DNA from: Chloroflexota bacterium
GTDB taxonomy: Bacteria > Chloroflexota > Chloroflexia > QHBQ01 > JADMIH01
Direction: 5' to 3'
Assembly (NCBI GenBank): GCA_027317125.1
Contig: DAHVFG010000004.1
Coordinates: 1-56,236 of the forward strand
DNA length: 56,236 bases
Made by a program: the position numbers and the translations under genes. Under the pieces are notes generated by a model, which worked only from the letters and a program-made list of their open reading frames with translations, was not told where the DNA came from and made no database searches. Position 1 is the stretch's first letter, and every line of letters begins with the position of its first letter. This document shows, in pieces, positions 20,018-29,060 of the stretch.

Positions 20018-21581
20018 GCGCATAAGCAGCTTTATCTGGAATGTGCCTGTAGGATTGCAGCTAAGCGTGGTTTACGCGCTCTTGTTAACCACGGTGCTGG
20101 TGTTGCTCGGCTTTGTTTTGTACTCACAGCTGGACAGCTTCCTCATACAGAACACTGTAGCGCGTCTTGATAGAACCACCAGCCTGTCGTTGGCGCAACT
20201 CTCCCCTTCTCCATTTGACCGTGAGCCGATTGATCGCTCGGCACCCGACTTCACATCGCCTCGCGACCGCCGCCCGCCGCGCTCGCCCGAACAAGTAGCC
20301 GCCGCGCTGGTAGGTGGGCTAAGTAGCTCTGATGTAGCTGTGGCTGTGTTGGCTGAGCCGGGCAAGGTGATTACTTCAACCCAATCTTTACTTGGAGGTA
20401 GTCCGCCATATATTCCGCCCCTTCTGGCAGGCTGGTCAGCCAGGGTCGCAAGCGGCTCATCTGCTCAGTGGGTTGTCTCCGCACCGGGGGGCGGGCGCGA
20501 CCTGGTGGTTTTGACACCTGTAAAGATTGCGGCGACGCCCGGATCCGCCGAAAGTCGTCTGCTTGTAGAGCAGGTAGCTTCTCTGGAGGCAGCCGATGCG
20601 GTGCTGAACCAGTTGCGTCTTTACCTCGCCCTGGGCATCCTGATTGGTGTGCTGGTGGGGGTGATCGCGGGCCTCGCCCTGACCCGTGTGGTGCTAAAGC
20701 CTCTTGAGCGGATTTCTCGTACAGCGGAGGCAATTTCCGGGGGCGACCTGGACCGCCGCCTGCGCCTGCCACCTGGGCGCAACGAGGTGGCGCGCCTGGG
20801 CCACGCCTTTGACAGCATGGTAGAGCGCCTAGCTTCTACACTTGAGGCGCAACGCCGATTTGTGGCCGATGCCTCCCACGAGCTGCGTACGCCCCTCACC
20901 TCACTTGACGGGCTGAGCGAAATGCTGCTCATGGGCGCCGATAGGGGCGACAGCAAGATAGTGCAGCGCAGCGTTCGCTCAATGCACAGCGAGTTGAGCC
21001 GCCTGGGCCGCCTCGTGGCAGACCTTCTGACCCTTTCACGGCTCGATAGCACCGCGCCGACCATGGTCTTTCAACTCCTGAGGCCATGCGGGTTACTCAC
21101 AGGCGCGGTCGAGCAGATGACCCCTGTGGCCGAGGCTAGAGGCGTACATCTCGCTATGCAGTGTGATCCAGTCGCCCAAATGGCTCTCTTGAGGGCCGAC
21201 CCCGATAGATTGAAGCAGGTTTTGCTCAATCTGCTTGATAATGCCCTACGTTACACGCCGGCAGGAGGCAAGGTGTGCGTGAAGGTCACTGCTGACTCGG
21301 CGCAGCGGCGGCTGCAAATCACAGTACAGGATACGGGGCAGGGCGTTTTAGAGCAGGACTTGCCACATGTCTTCGACCGGTTTTTCAGAGGTGATCCTTC
21401 CAGGGCGCGAGCAACAGGAAACACGGGGCTGGGGCTCTCTATCGCGCGTGCCATTGTGCTGGCCCACGGTGGCGTCATCAGTGTGGAATCGCCCCCAGGC
21501 CGAGGGGCTTGCTTCACGATTTCGCTTCCCCTGGCGAAGGTAGATGCCGCGCAAGAAGCAGTGATGGTGGAGAGCCGCTAA
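20004..21581 (+). CDS. HAMP-domain sensor histidine kinase
   Basis: Two TMs, HAMP, H-box DASHELRTPL, N-box NLLDNA, DTGQG, GLGLSIA. Confidence 0.95.
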   Translation: MSPARRISSFIWNVPVGLQLSVVYALLLTTVLVLLGFVLYSQLDSFLIQNTVARLDRTTSLSLAQLSPSPFDREPIDRSAPDFTSPRDRRPPRSPEQVAAALVGGLSSSDVAVAVLAEPGKVITSTQSLLGGSPPYIPPLLAGWSARVASGSSAQWVVSAPGGGRDLVVLTPVKIAATPGSAESRLLVEQVASLEAADAVLNQLRLYLALGILIGVLVGVIAGLALTRVVLKPLERISRTAEAISGGDLDRRLRLPPGRNEVARLGHAFDSMVERLASTLEAQRRFVADASHELRTPLTSLDGLSEMLLMGADRGDSKIVQRSVRSMHSELSRLGRLVADLLTLSRLDSTAPTMVFQLLRPCGLLTGAVEQMTPVAEARGVHLAMQCDPVAQMALLRADPDRLKQVLLNLLDNALRYTPAGGKVCVKVTADSAQRRLQITVQDTGQGVLEQDLPHVFDRFFRGDPSRARATGNTGLGLSIARAIVLAHGGVISVESPPGRGACFTISLPLAKVDAAQEAVMVESR

Positions 21582-21600
21582 CGCCCCGGCCTATCGTGAC

Positions 21601-22629
21601 CTACTCTCCTGCTCCAAGCGCCTTGCGAACAGCCGGGGCAACCTCGGTGCCAAGCAGCTCTACTGCCCGCATGATGTTGGCGTGCGGCATCGGGCCGACG
21701 CTCACCTGGGCAAGAAAGCGCTCGTGCCCAAAAAGCTCATGCTCGAAGAGGATCTTCTCTACCACCTCCGATGGGCTGCCCACGAGCAGTGCCCCGCGGG
21801 GTGAGCAAAGCGCATCGAACTGCTGGCGTGTTATACTCGGCCAACCGCGCTCACGACCTATCCGGTTCATCACAGTGGCGTAAGCCGGGAAGAAGTCGTC
21901 GCGGGCCTGCGCTGAACTCTCTGCCACGTATGTGTGCGAGTTGATGCTCACTGGCAACCGTGCAGCGCCGTGGCCTGCGCGAGCGCCTGTTTGCCTGTAG
22001 AGTTTGACGAGCGGCACGAAACTCTCAGGCGTACCGCCGATGATCGCCAGCGCCATCGGCAAGCCACGTGTAGCGGCGCGCACAACTGATTGCGGAGTAC
22101 CCCCCACTGCCACCCACATCGGCAGCGGGTCCTGTAGCGGGCGCGGATACACCCCCTGGCCGCTCAAGGCTGCCCGGTGCTTGCCCTCCCACGTCACATG
22201 TTCATTGGCGCGCAGCTTCAGCAGGAGATCCAGCTTTTCATCGAACAACGAGTCGTAATCATCAAGATCGTAGCCGAAGAGGGGGAACGATTCGATAAAG
22301 GAGCCGCGTCCTACCATGATCTCGGCGCGACCGCCGGACAGCAGGTCAAGGGTCGCGAAGCTCTGAAAGACACGTATGGGGTCATCGGAGCTAAGCACCG
22401 TGACTGCACTGGTCAGGCGAATGCGCTCTGTACGCATGGCAGCCGCTGCGAGGAGAACGGCGGGCGCGGAGACCGCGAAGTCAGGGCGGTGGTGCTCACC
22501 GACGCCGAAGACCTCCAGGCCCACCCGGTCGGCCAGCTCGATCTCCTCAACGAGGTCGCGCAGCCGCTGTGCAGCGCTGGACGCGGCGCTATCGGCGACT
22601 TCGCCAAAGCTGTAAAGACCAATTTCCAT
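21601..22629 (-). CDS. LLM-class flavin-dependent oxidoreductase (luciferase-like)
   Basis: [36 protein letters not shown]. Confidence 0.92.
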   Translation of the reverse strand: MEIGLYSFGEVADSAASSAAQRLRDLVEEIELADRVGLEVFGVGEHHRPDFAVSAPAVLLAAAAMRTERIRLTSAVTVLSSDDPIRVFQSFATLDLLSGGRAEIMVGRGSFIESFPLFGYDLDDYDSLFDEKLDLLLKLRANEHVTWEGKHRAALSGQGVYPRPLQDPLPMWVAVGGTPQSVVRAATRGLPMALAIIGGTPESFVPLVKLYRQTGARAGHGAARLPVSINSHTYVAESSAQARDDFFPAYATVMNRIGRERGWPSITRQQFDALCSPRGALLVGSPSEVVEKILFEHELFGHERFLAQVSVGPMPHANIMRAVELLGTEVAPAVRKALGAGE

Positions 22630-22902
22630 TGTAGATTCCTTTCGCTATGCACATCACGAGCGGCAAGGGTGTCGTGAGCGTTACTCATTGATTTTACAAC
22701 ATCCACACCCCACAAGAGGGGTGTTACTCGTCGCCTGTGGCTGGCACTACAGGTTCCGCCAGGCTCAACATCTTTTCCACAAGCTTTTCCTCGTTACTCG
22801 CGTTGTCTTTGCGGCCAATTGCCGGCGGGATGAGACGGTATAAACGAGTGGGAACCGGTTACTCCACGAAAGTCAGATGCCAGCCTTGAGAACGCTGTTG
22901 GG

Positions 22903-23200
22903 GTAAGTGTTCAGAGTTAGGGTGGAGGAACAAAGTTCAAGGGGTATATGTGCGGGTGTTGCTCCCTCAACTACCCCTCACCCGCCCCCTCACCCCCAAA
23001 CCCCCTCTCCCATGAAGGGAGAGGGGGCTTTGTGCATGCTGAGTGCACAGGGGCAGGCCCCTGACGGGGTTACATGGATTAAAGCCCCCTCTCCCCTTGT
23101 GGGAGAGGGGGTTTGGGGGTGAGGGCCGGTGAGGGCAGATGGCGCTGCACCCTCACAGATACCCCAAGGAGATTGCTCCACCCCTATCCTGAACAGTTAC
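22903..23200. mobile_element. MITE-like element, 298 bp
   Basis: Ends GTAAGTGTTCAGAG...CCTGAACAGTTAC; two inverted CCCCCTCTCCC/GGGAGAGGGG hairpin units inside. Confidence 0.8.
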
Positions 23201-23517
23201 CTGTTGGGTCCATGTATGCTGTAGAGCAAGTTAGTGGTATAACTATGTCGTGGATTATGCTTAACAGCATCGCCACCGCCAGAGTAGAGGCGGCAGGAGT
23301 AATATGAGCGTGGTGCTGCGGCCCGAAGGCATTGGGCCAGGCGATAGGCGCTGATCCACATCGGCTTTGCCACGAGCAAGTTAGACGGGCAGGAAGCACA
23401 CTAAACACTCGATTGGCTGTATGATGTGGGTGATATATTGGCGAGATGCGGAGCCAGGCTACAAGGCAGGGATCTCGAGTAGCTATGACTTGCAAAGCGT
23501 TGCTGATACCAGGATAG

Positions 23518-24150
23518 ATGGAAAGTCAAGACTCAAAACTCAAAGCTCAGAATCTGCTTGACCTGGCCGCGCTGGTAGATGCGCGCTTTCAGCAGAGCAT
23601 CCTTGTCCCTGAGGCATTCTTCACGGCGCAGTCGCACCTGATAGCCGAGGCTTGCTGGGCGATGGCAAAGCGATTTCACCAGGGCGGTAGGCTGCTCGCT
23701 TTCGGCAACGGCAGCGCTGCTACTGATGCCCAGCACGTTTCGGTGGAGTTCGTGCACCCTGTGATAGTCGGTAAACGCGCCCTCCCCGCCCTGGCGCTTA
23801 CCAACGATAGCGCCACTATGAGTGGGCTGGCTCGTGGCAATATCGACGGTGTACCTTTTGGGTGCCAGCTAGCCATATTGTCACGGCCTCAAGATATTGC
23901 AATGGGTATCTCGCCCAATGGCCGAGATACCAATGTGGTAGACGCGTTGATCGAAGCCAAGCGTTTGGGCTTGCTCACACTAGGGCTGGCCGGCGGCGAT
24001 GGAGGGTTTTTCTCCAGCGCCGGCCTCGACTTCTGCTTCGTCGTTCCATCTAATGACGCGATGGCGGTACAGGAAACACACGAAACGCTGTACCATGTCC
24101 TGTGGGAGCTGGTGCACATATTCTTTGAGCACGAAGGACTTTTGGAGTGA
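23518..24150 (+). CDS. SIS-domain protein, GmhA/DiaA-like (copy 1)
   Basis: LLAFGNGSAATDAQHVSVEF, RALPALALTND, VQETHETLYH. Confidence 0.85.
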   Translation: MESQDSKLKAQNLLDLAALVDARFQQSILVPEAFFTAQSHLIAEACWAMAKRFHQGGRLLAFGNGSAATDAQHVSVEFVHPVIVGKRALPALALTNDSATMSGLARGNIDGVPFGCQLAILSRPQDIAMGISPNGRDTNVVDALIEAKRLGLLTLGLAGGDGGFFSSAGLDFCFVVPSNDAMAVQETHETLYHVLWELVHIFFEHEGLLE

Positions 24151-24410
24151 GCCGGAACTTTGCAAAAAAGAAGGGCCTGAGCAGTGACTATCAGGAGCAG
24201 CTAGATTTTCACTGCGTCACCTGCTCTGACGAGGCGTTACCCGCCAGGGTGTTGAGCGTAAATGAGGCTGCGGCACTGGCACAGGTAGAGGTCGGGGGCA
24301 TCACAGAAGAAGTGGACGTCAGCCTGGTAGATGCCGTTGCGCCCGGCGACTTGCTCCTGGTGCATGGTGGTGTGGCTCTCAGCAACCTGCTAGGGCCTCT
24401 TTGCGGTTAG
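24147..24410 (+). CDS. hypC: HypC/HybG/HupF family protein with internal CxxC (HCVTCSDE)
   Basis: PARVLSV...A.VEVGG..EEVDVSLVD.V.PGDLLLVHGGVAL OB-fold signature; GTGA coupling to the upstream gene. Confidence 0.8.
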   Translation: MSRNFAKKKGLSSDYQEQLDFHCVTCSDEALPARVLSVNEAAALAQVEVGGITEEVDVSLVDAVAPGDLLLVHGGVALSNLLGPLCG

Positions 24411-25234
24411 CTCAAGCAAGGGCGGGTGTAGTGGATAAAGATCAGAGAATACGGGAGCCAAAGTTCGAAGCTGAGGGCGGGGAGGGTTCTGAATACGACC
24501 GCCTCTTCTACCCCTACCTCTTTGAGGGTGGCACCTCCAATGTGGACGAGGTGCTGGCGCAAGTAGAGCACTCTACCCTTGAGAAGTGCCGCGAGGTGGT
24601 CGCCCTCAGGCACGCATTGCTTGCGGGGTACCGCGATACAGTTGTCGCGACGGGCACGGCGATGTCGCGTGCTTTCGCATCGGGAGGGACTTTACTGGCT
24701 TTCGGCAACGGGGGTAGCGCCACCGACGCGCAGGACATTGTCGCGGACCTGAGCAACCCACCTGTCTCTTTCAGTTTGCCACCTTCAGGCTTTGGATCGA
24801 AAGAAGGGGGAGACGCTTTAACCCGAAAAGAAGGCGTTCAACTGGAAAAGCTAAAATCTAGAACGCCGCGGCCTCTCCCCGCGATTTCACTGACAGGAGA
24901 TATAGCCGTAGTAACAGCTGTAGCTAATGACGTGGGAGCCGACAATATCTTCGCTCGCCAGGTGATCGCCTTCGGCAGGCCAGGAGATATAGCCCTCGGC
25001 ATATCGACCAGTGGCAACTCGGCCAACGTATTGGCGGCTCTTGAGCAGGCGAAGAAGCAGGGCATGCTTACTGTGGCGCTTGCGGGGTATGATGGGGGCA
25101 AGGTAGCACGCTCTCCTGCTGTGGACTTCTGTATTGTTGCCGTAAGCGACCACATCCCACGCATACAAGAGGCTCAAGCAACCGCATATCACGCGCTTCT
25201 GGAGGTGATATGGGCAGTCCAGGGTCAAGGGTGA
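24401..25234 (+). CDS. SIS-domain protein, GmhA-like (copy 2)
   Basis: FGNGGSATDAQD, TAVANDVG, GISTSGNSANV, RIQEAQATAYH; start codon uncertain. Confidence 0.85.
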   Translation: MRLAQARAGVVDKDQRIREPKFEAEGGEGSEYDRLFYPYLFEGGTSNVDEVLAQVEHSTLEKCREVVALRHALLAGYRDTVVATGTAMSRAFASGGTLLAFGNGGSATDAQDIVADLSNPPVSFSLPPSGFGSKEGGDALTRKEGVQLEKLKSRTPRPLPAISLTGDIAVVTAVANDVGADNIFARQVIAFGRPGDIALGISTSGNSANVLAALEQAKKQGMLTVALAGYDGGKVARSPAVDFCIVAVSDHIPRIQEAQATAYHALLEVIWAVQGQG

Positions 25235-25521
25235 ATAGCTAAGTTGCAAGCATCAGGTTAGCGGAGCTACGTTTTGCTGCGCCGGACCCGCCGGTGGCCG
25301 CACCTTCACCTTCTTAATCCTCTTCTCCTATGAGGGAGAGGGAGCTTTACTCTCGGTGAGTATTACGGGATAGATGTTCTACACATGTGTGGAGGGGATG
25401 AGCCAGATGAAACGGCGCAACCAGGAAGGGGGCGGAGGGTGCTGGATACGCACTCTGCTGATCTGCTCAGTGGCTACACCCCAGGTCTGAGCTCTTACCT
25501 CCACTGGTAAAGGTTCTAAGC

Positions 25522-25680
25522 TTATCTTCCCGCTGTCTCCTCACCTGCCGCGCTGCCTGCATCAGCTTCCAGGCTTTGCTGTGCAGCGCGCAAGCGCCGC
25601 GATAAGTAGGCAAGATAAGCTGCCAGGGTTGTAAAGACGATTACAAAGGCAACTAGCAAGTACAAGGTCCCGTTATCCAA
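25522..25680 (-). CDS. ccmD: Heme exporter protein CcmD-like
   Basis: Single TM plus basic amphipathic tail, immediately after ccmC with an overlapping TTG start. Confidence 0.75.
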   Translation of the reverse strand: MDNGTLYLLVAFVIVFTTLAAYLAYLSRRLRAAQQSLEADAGSAAGEETAGR

Positions 25681-26437
25681 TGCGTTGGCCCTCAACGAGC
25701 GCAGCATGGCGCTTCTGCTCAACCGCAGCCGCTTCAAGGTTGGCGATCTGAATGCGCTTGAGCAGGAAATAGAGAAAAAGCAGCGTAAAAGCCAGTAAGT
25801 TCACCATCAACGTCGCCAACATTGTGCCAGGTAACTGCGGCCCGTTTGCATTGAGCACCACTGGGTCGGGGTGGAGGGAGCGCCACCACACCACTGACTG
25901 GTGTACGATAGGCACATCAATGAACCCCACTATGCCAAGTACAGCAGACATGCGCCGCCCACGTTCCGCTTCCGTAGTGAATTGTCGCACCATAATATAT
26001 CCGAGGTATATGAACCATAGGACGAGTGTGGCTGTCAGTCTGGGGTCCCAGGACCACCAGGTGCCCCATATCGTTTTCCCCCAGAGCGAGCCTGTTATAA
26101 GCACAAGCGTTGTAAGGAAGAGACCTAGCTCGGCTGAGGAGTGGGCCAGCGTATCCCAGCGCCTTTCGCGCTTCCAAAGGTAGCCGATGCTGCCGATCAA
26201 CACCAGAAAGAAGGCCAGGTACGCCACCCATGCCAGAGGCACGTGAAAGTAAAATATGCGCTGAGCCTGCCCTTGAACCGCATCGGTCGGGGCGTAGAAG
26301 AAGGCCATGCCTGTGCTTACTGCCAGTGTAAGGACCGTCACCCAGCCCAAGGCCAGACGGAGACGGTCTGCAATCACGTGAGCCGTTTGCCCGGGCTTCG
26401 TCATACTCTTTCGCCCGCTCGTATCCACAGAAATCAT
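25673..26437 (-). CDS. ccmC: Heme exporter/chaperone CcmC
   Basis: RIFYFHVP, WWD motif WGKTIWGTWWSWDPRLT, WWRSLHP. Confidence 0.95.
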   Translation of the reverse strand: MISVDTSGRKSMTKPGQTAHVIADRLRLALGWVTVLTLAVSTGMAFFYAPTDAVQGQAQRIFYFHVPLAWVAYLAFFLVLIGSIGYLWKRERRWDTLAHSSAELGLFLTTLVLITGSLWGKTIWGTWWSWDPRLTATLVLWFIYLGYIMVRQFTTEAERGRRMSAVLGIVGFIDVPIVHQSVVWWRSLHPDPVVLNANGPQLPGTMLATLMVNLLAFTLLFLYFLLKRIQIANLEAAAVEQKRHAALVEGQRIG

Positions 26438-26480
26438 GGAAGCTCCTTATTCTTGATGCCTGCACAGGCAATATCTCTTT

Positions 26481-27227
26481 TCATTCTCCCAATAGCTGGC
26501 CGTAAAGCAAGTAGCCCGCGCCGAGAAAGAGCGCAGCGCACGCCCCTTGCAGGCCGGTCCAGGGGGGTCCCCCCGCAACCGTAGGCTCTATAGCTGTAAC
26601 TGTGGCTTGCACCGATCCGATGATCACAGGCACCAGCAGTGGCAGCAGCAGCACCGGCAGCAGGATCTCTCGTGCTCTCGTCTGCCCGGCCATAGGCACA
26701 AAGAGTGTGCCCGCAGCGCCCAGGCAAAGGGTGCCCAATGCGATTGCTACCAGCGGACCGAGCGCCAGCAGAGGCAGGTTGTACAGCCCGGCAAAGGCGG
26801 GCACGATCACGATGTCAAGCGCAACCAGGAGCAAGAGGTTACTAACCAGCTTGGCCGCGAACAACACTCCTGGCTCTATGGGAGCCAGGGTTAACCCTTC
26901 CCATACGGCGTTCTCCTGCTCCAGCGCGAAGGCGCGCCCCAAACCGAGGAGCATGGCAAAGAGCAGAGCGGTCCACAGCGCCCCCACTGATGCCAGCAGA
27001 CGCTGTTCAATAGCAAGGCTAAAGGTAAAGTTCAACGCCAGCCCTGTTGTCAGCGCGAAAGGCAGCATAAGCCCTACAACCTCGCGCCCACGCCACTCTC
27101 TTACTATATCGTTGCGTATAAGCGCGCCAACCTGCCCCCAAAAGCTGCTCCGAAGAGCGCGGGCTGGGCGAGCTGGGCGTAGCGCATCAGGCGCACCGTT
27201 CGAGGCACGCGTATCAGTGGCTCGCAT
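26481..27227 (-). CDS. ccmB: Heme exporter permease CcmB
   Basis: RAFALEQEN..EGL, REILLPVLLLPLLVPVII. Confidence 0.9.
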   Translation of the reverse strand: MRATDTRASNGAPDALRPARPARALRSSFWGQVGALIRNDIVREWRGREVVGLMLPFALTTGLALNFTFSLAIEQRLLASVGALWTALLFAMLLGLGRAFALEQENAVWEGLTLAPIEPGVLFAAKLVSNLLLLVALDIVIVPAFAGLYNLPLLALGPLVAIALGTLCLGAAGTLFVPMAGQTRAREILLPVLLLPLLVPVIIGSVQATVTAIEPTVAGGPPWTGLQGACAALFLGAGYLLYGQLLGE

Positions 27228-27963
27228 TGCCCGCCCCTCTGTCGGCCTCTAGAACGATGCTGCGCCACTCTTCGACAGAGTGGCGGCCGGTCGGCGCTGA
27301 GTAATAAATCTTGCCACTTGCCAGGACGAACGCCCTATGGCTTAGAGCGAGGCCAAGCTCCAGCTGGTGTGTGGTCAAAACTACCGTCTGCCCCTGCTCG
27401 CGTCCGAAGGCCAGCAGTTTTTCCAGGCACTCTACGCCGTTGGCATCGAGGCCGCTGTCAGGTTCATCAAGCAGCCACACAGCAGGTAAATGAATGACAG
27501 AGCGCGCCAGCGCCAGCCTCTGCTGCATGCCGCGGGATAGCTCGCGCACCCGCTTCTCAGCCGATGCTGCGAGGCCCACCATCTTCAGCGCGTCCATCAC
27601 CTGTTTTTCTATATCGTTGAGGCTATATAACTTCGCATAGAGCCTCAGATTCTCGGCGGCAGTCAGGTCCTGGTAAAGATAGCTCTGGTGCGCCAGCACG
27701 CCCAGGGCCCTTCGCACCAACCTGGTGTAACGGGTTGTATCATAGCCTACGACCTGCAATGTGCCTACGGTGGGTGTTATCAACGTAGCCAGCAGGCGGA
27801 TTAGCGTGCTTTTGCCCGTCCCGTTAGCGCCAAAGACCGCCACAGTTTCACCTGCCGCAACGCTCAGGCTGACGTTGCGCAACGCCCATGCGCTCCCGTA
27901 AAGCTTGCTCAGCCCTTCGGCCCGCAGCGCGAGAGGGTGAGTTTGCCTTGCGGCGGCGTTCAT
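27214..27963 (-). CDS. ccmA: Heme ABC exporter ATP-binding protein CcmA
   Basis: Walker A GANGTGKST, LSRGMQQR, LLDEP; adjacent to ccmB. Confidence 0.92.
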   Translation of the reverse strand: MNAAARQTHPLALRAEGLSKLYGSAWALRNVSLSVAAGETVAVFGANGTGKSTLIRLLATLITPTVGTLQVVGYDTTRYTRLVRRALGVLAHQSYLYQDLTAAENLRLYAKLYSLNDIEKQVMDALKMVGLAASAEKRVRELSRGMQQRLALARSVIHLPAVWLLDEPDSGLDANGVECLEKLLAFGREQGQTVVLTTHQLELGLALSHRAFVLASGKIYYSAPTGRHSVEEWRSIVLEADRGAGNASH

Positions 27964-29060
27964 ACGCCCGGCTCCTTCTCTATTGGTGGCACCCTTACAC
28001 GCCGGGCGGCTCGTATCTCACGTGTACTGTCTCCTTCTGTCTGGGGTTCCGCCAGTGCGTTGTGCATATACCGGCGCCTGTAGATAAAAGGCAAGGCGGC
28101 GGCAGCTAACAAAAGTATGCCTATGCTAACTTGCAGCCAGGGGTTTCCTGGGCGAAGCGCCGGTTGGATAAGAGGAAGGTTTATCAGATCGACGCTTAGC
28201 TGCGTGTTCGCCGGAAGGCTCTTGGCCGAGTATTGACGATATGTCCGGCTTCCAACTACAACGCTGCCATCGCTGGCGAGCTGCGGGCTTTCGATATTGA
28301 AGTCGCCCGTCGCCGCCAGCAGCCGGAAGTTGTCTGCTCCGTAGGGCAAAGCTTTGTTCAGTTGAGCGAAGCCACCGTCCGAAAGAGCGCCGTAGGCGAT
28401 CTCATAAGCATATGAAACGTCGGTGTTCCCTGGAGGCAAGGGCATATCGCTGGAGAAGCCCGTGTCCACCTGTATTACGTTGCTGGCAGATAGCTGCCCC
28501 ATCGTCGTTAGATTGCCTGCCCCGTCGGGAAGCCCGAAGCGAAGTAACCCCATGGGCCCGCGAGCGCCGGCTGCGGTGGGGAGATAAGTCCGATTACCAC
28601 TGTTAGCAAAGGTAGCCGATTCCAGCGCCTGGATGCGCTGCGTGGGCGCATCTACGTTCGCTATCACGAGACCGGCGCTTACGACGCGTATATTGGTGTC
28701 GTCACTCGTAGTTTCGTAGACACGCAGAACAACCGGCGGAGCCGGTAAGGTTACAGTCCCACTGTTGTACGCCACTCCTGCATAGGTAGTTGAAACGACA
28801 TAGCTGGCGCCGACCTGCCCCACAGCTCCTGTCCAGGAGAAAGCGCCCTGCGTGTCGGTGCGTCCGGCTCCCGCAACTAGCTGCTGACCCCCGGCGGTTG
28901 AATATATAGTGATGGGCAATCCCGCTATAGGCCCGCCGCCCGGTGTGCCATTCGTTACCTGCACCTTGAGATCACTGCCTGCCTGGGCCGAAGCGGAGAG
29001 GCTTGTCATCGCAGCCAACAAGACTAGCAACGGGAGGAGGGCAACACGACGTATCATCAT
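27960..29060 (-). CDS. Exported beta-sandwich protein (carboxypeptidase-regulatory-like) with C-terminal membrane anchor, in the ccm operon
   Basis: Signal peptide ending ASA-Q, V.NGT.GG / TD.QG.F motifs, C-terminal TM followed by RRR; coupled on both sides. Confidence 0.75.
   Translation of the reverse strand: MMIRRVALLPLLVLLAAMTSLSASAQAGSDLKVQVTNGTPGGGPIAGLPITIYSTAGGQQLVAGAGRTDTQGAFSWTGAVGQVGASYVVSTTYAGVAYNSGTVTLPAPPVVLRVYETTSDDTNIRVVSAGLVIANVDAPTQRIQALESATFANSGNRTYLPTAAGARGPMGLLRFGLPDGAGNLTTMGQLSASNVIQVDTGFSSDMPLPPGNTDVSYAYEIAYGALSDGGFAQLNKALPYGADNFRLLAATGDFNIESPQLASDGSVVVGSRTYRQYSAKSLPANTQLSVDLINLPLIQPALRPGNPWLQVSIGILLLAAAALPFIYRRRYMHNALAEPQTEGDSTREIRAARRVRVPPIEKEPGV

Noticed and set aside
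22907-23495. Short ORFs over the repeat and SIS upstream region
   Set aside because: They are translations of the palindromic element or lack an RBS and recognisable motifs.
23518-25234. Heptose/LPS biosynthesis genes (gmhA)
   Set aside because: There are no hldE/gmhB or glycosyltransferase neighbours, the active-site motifs are altered, and a HypC-like gene sits between the two.
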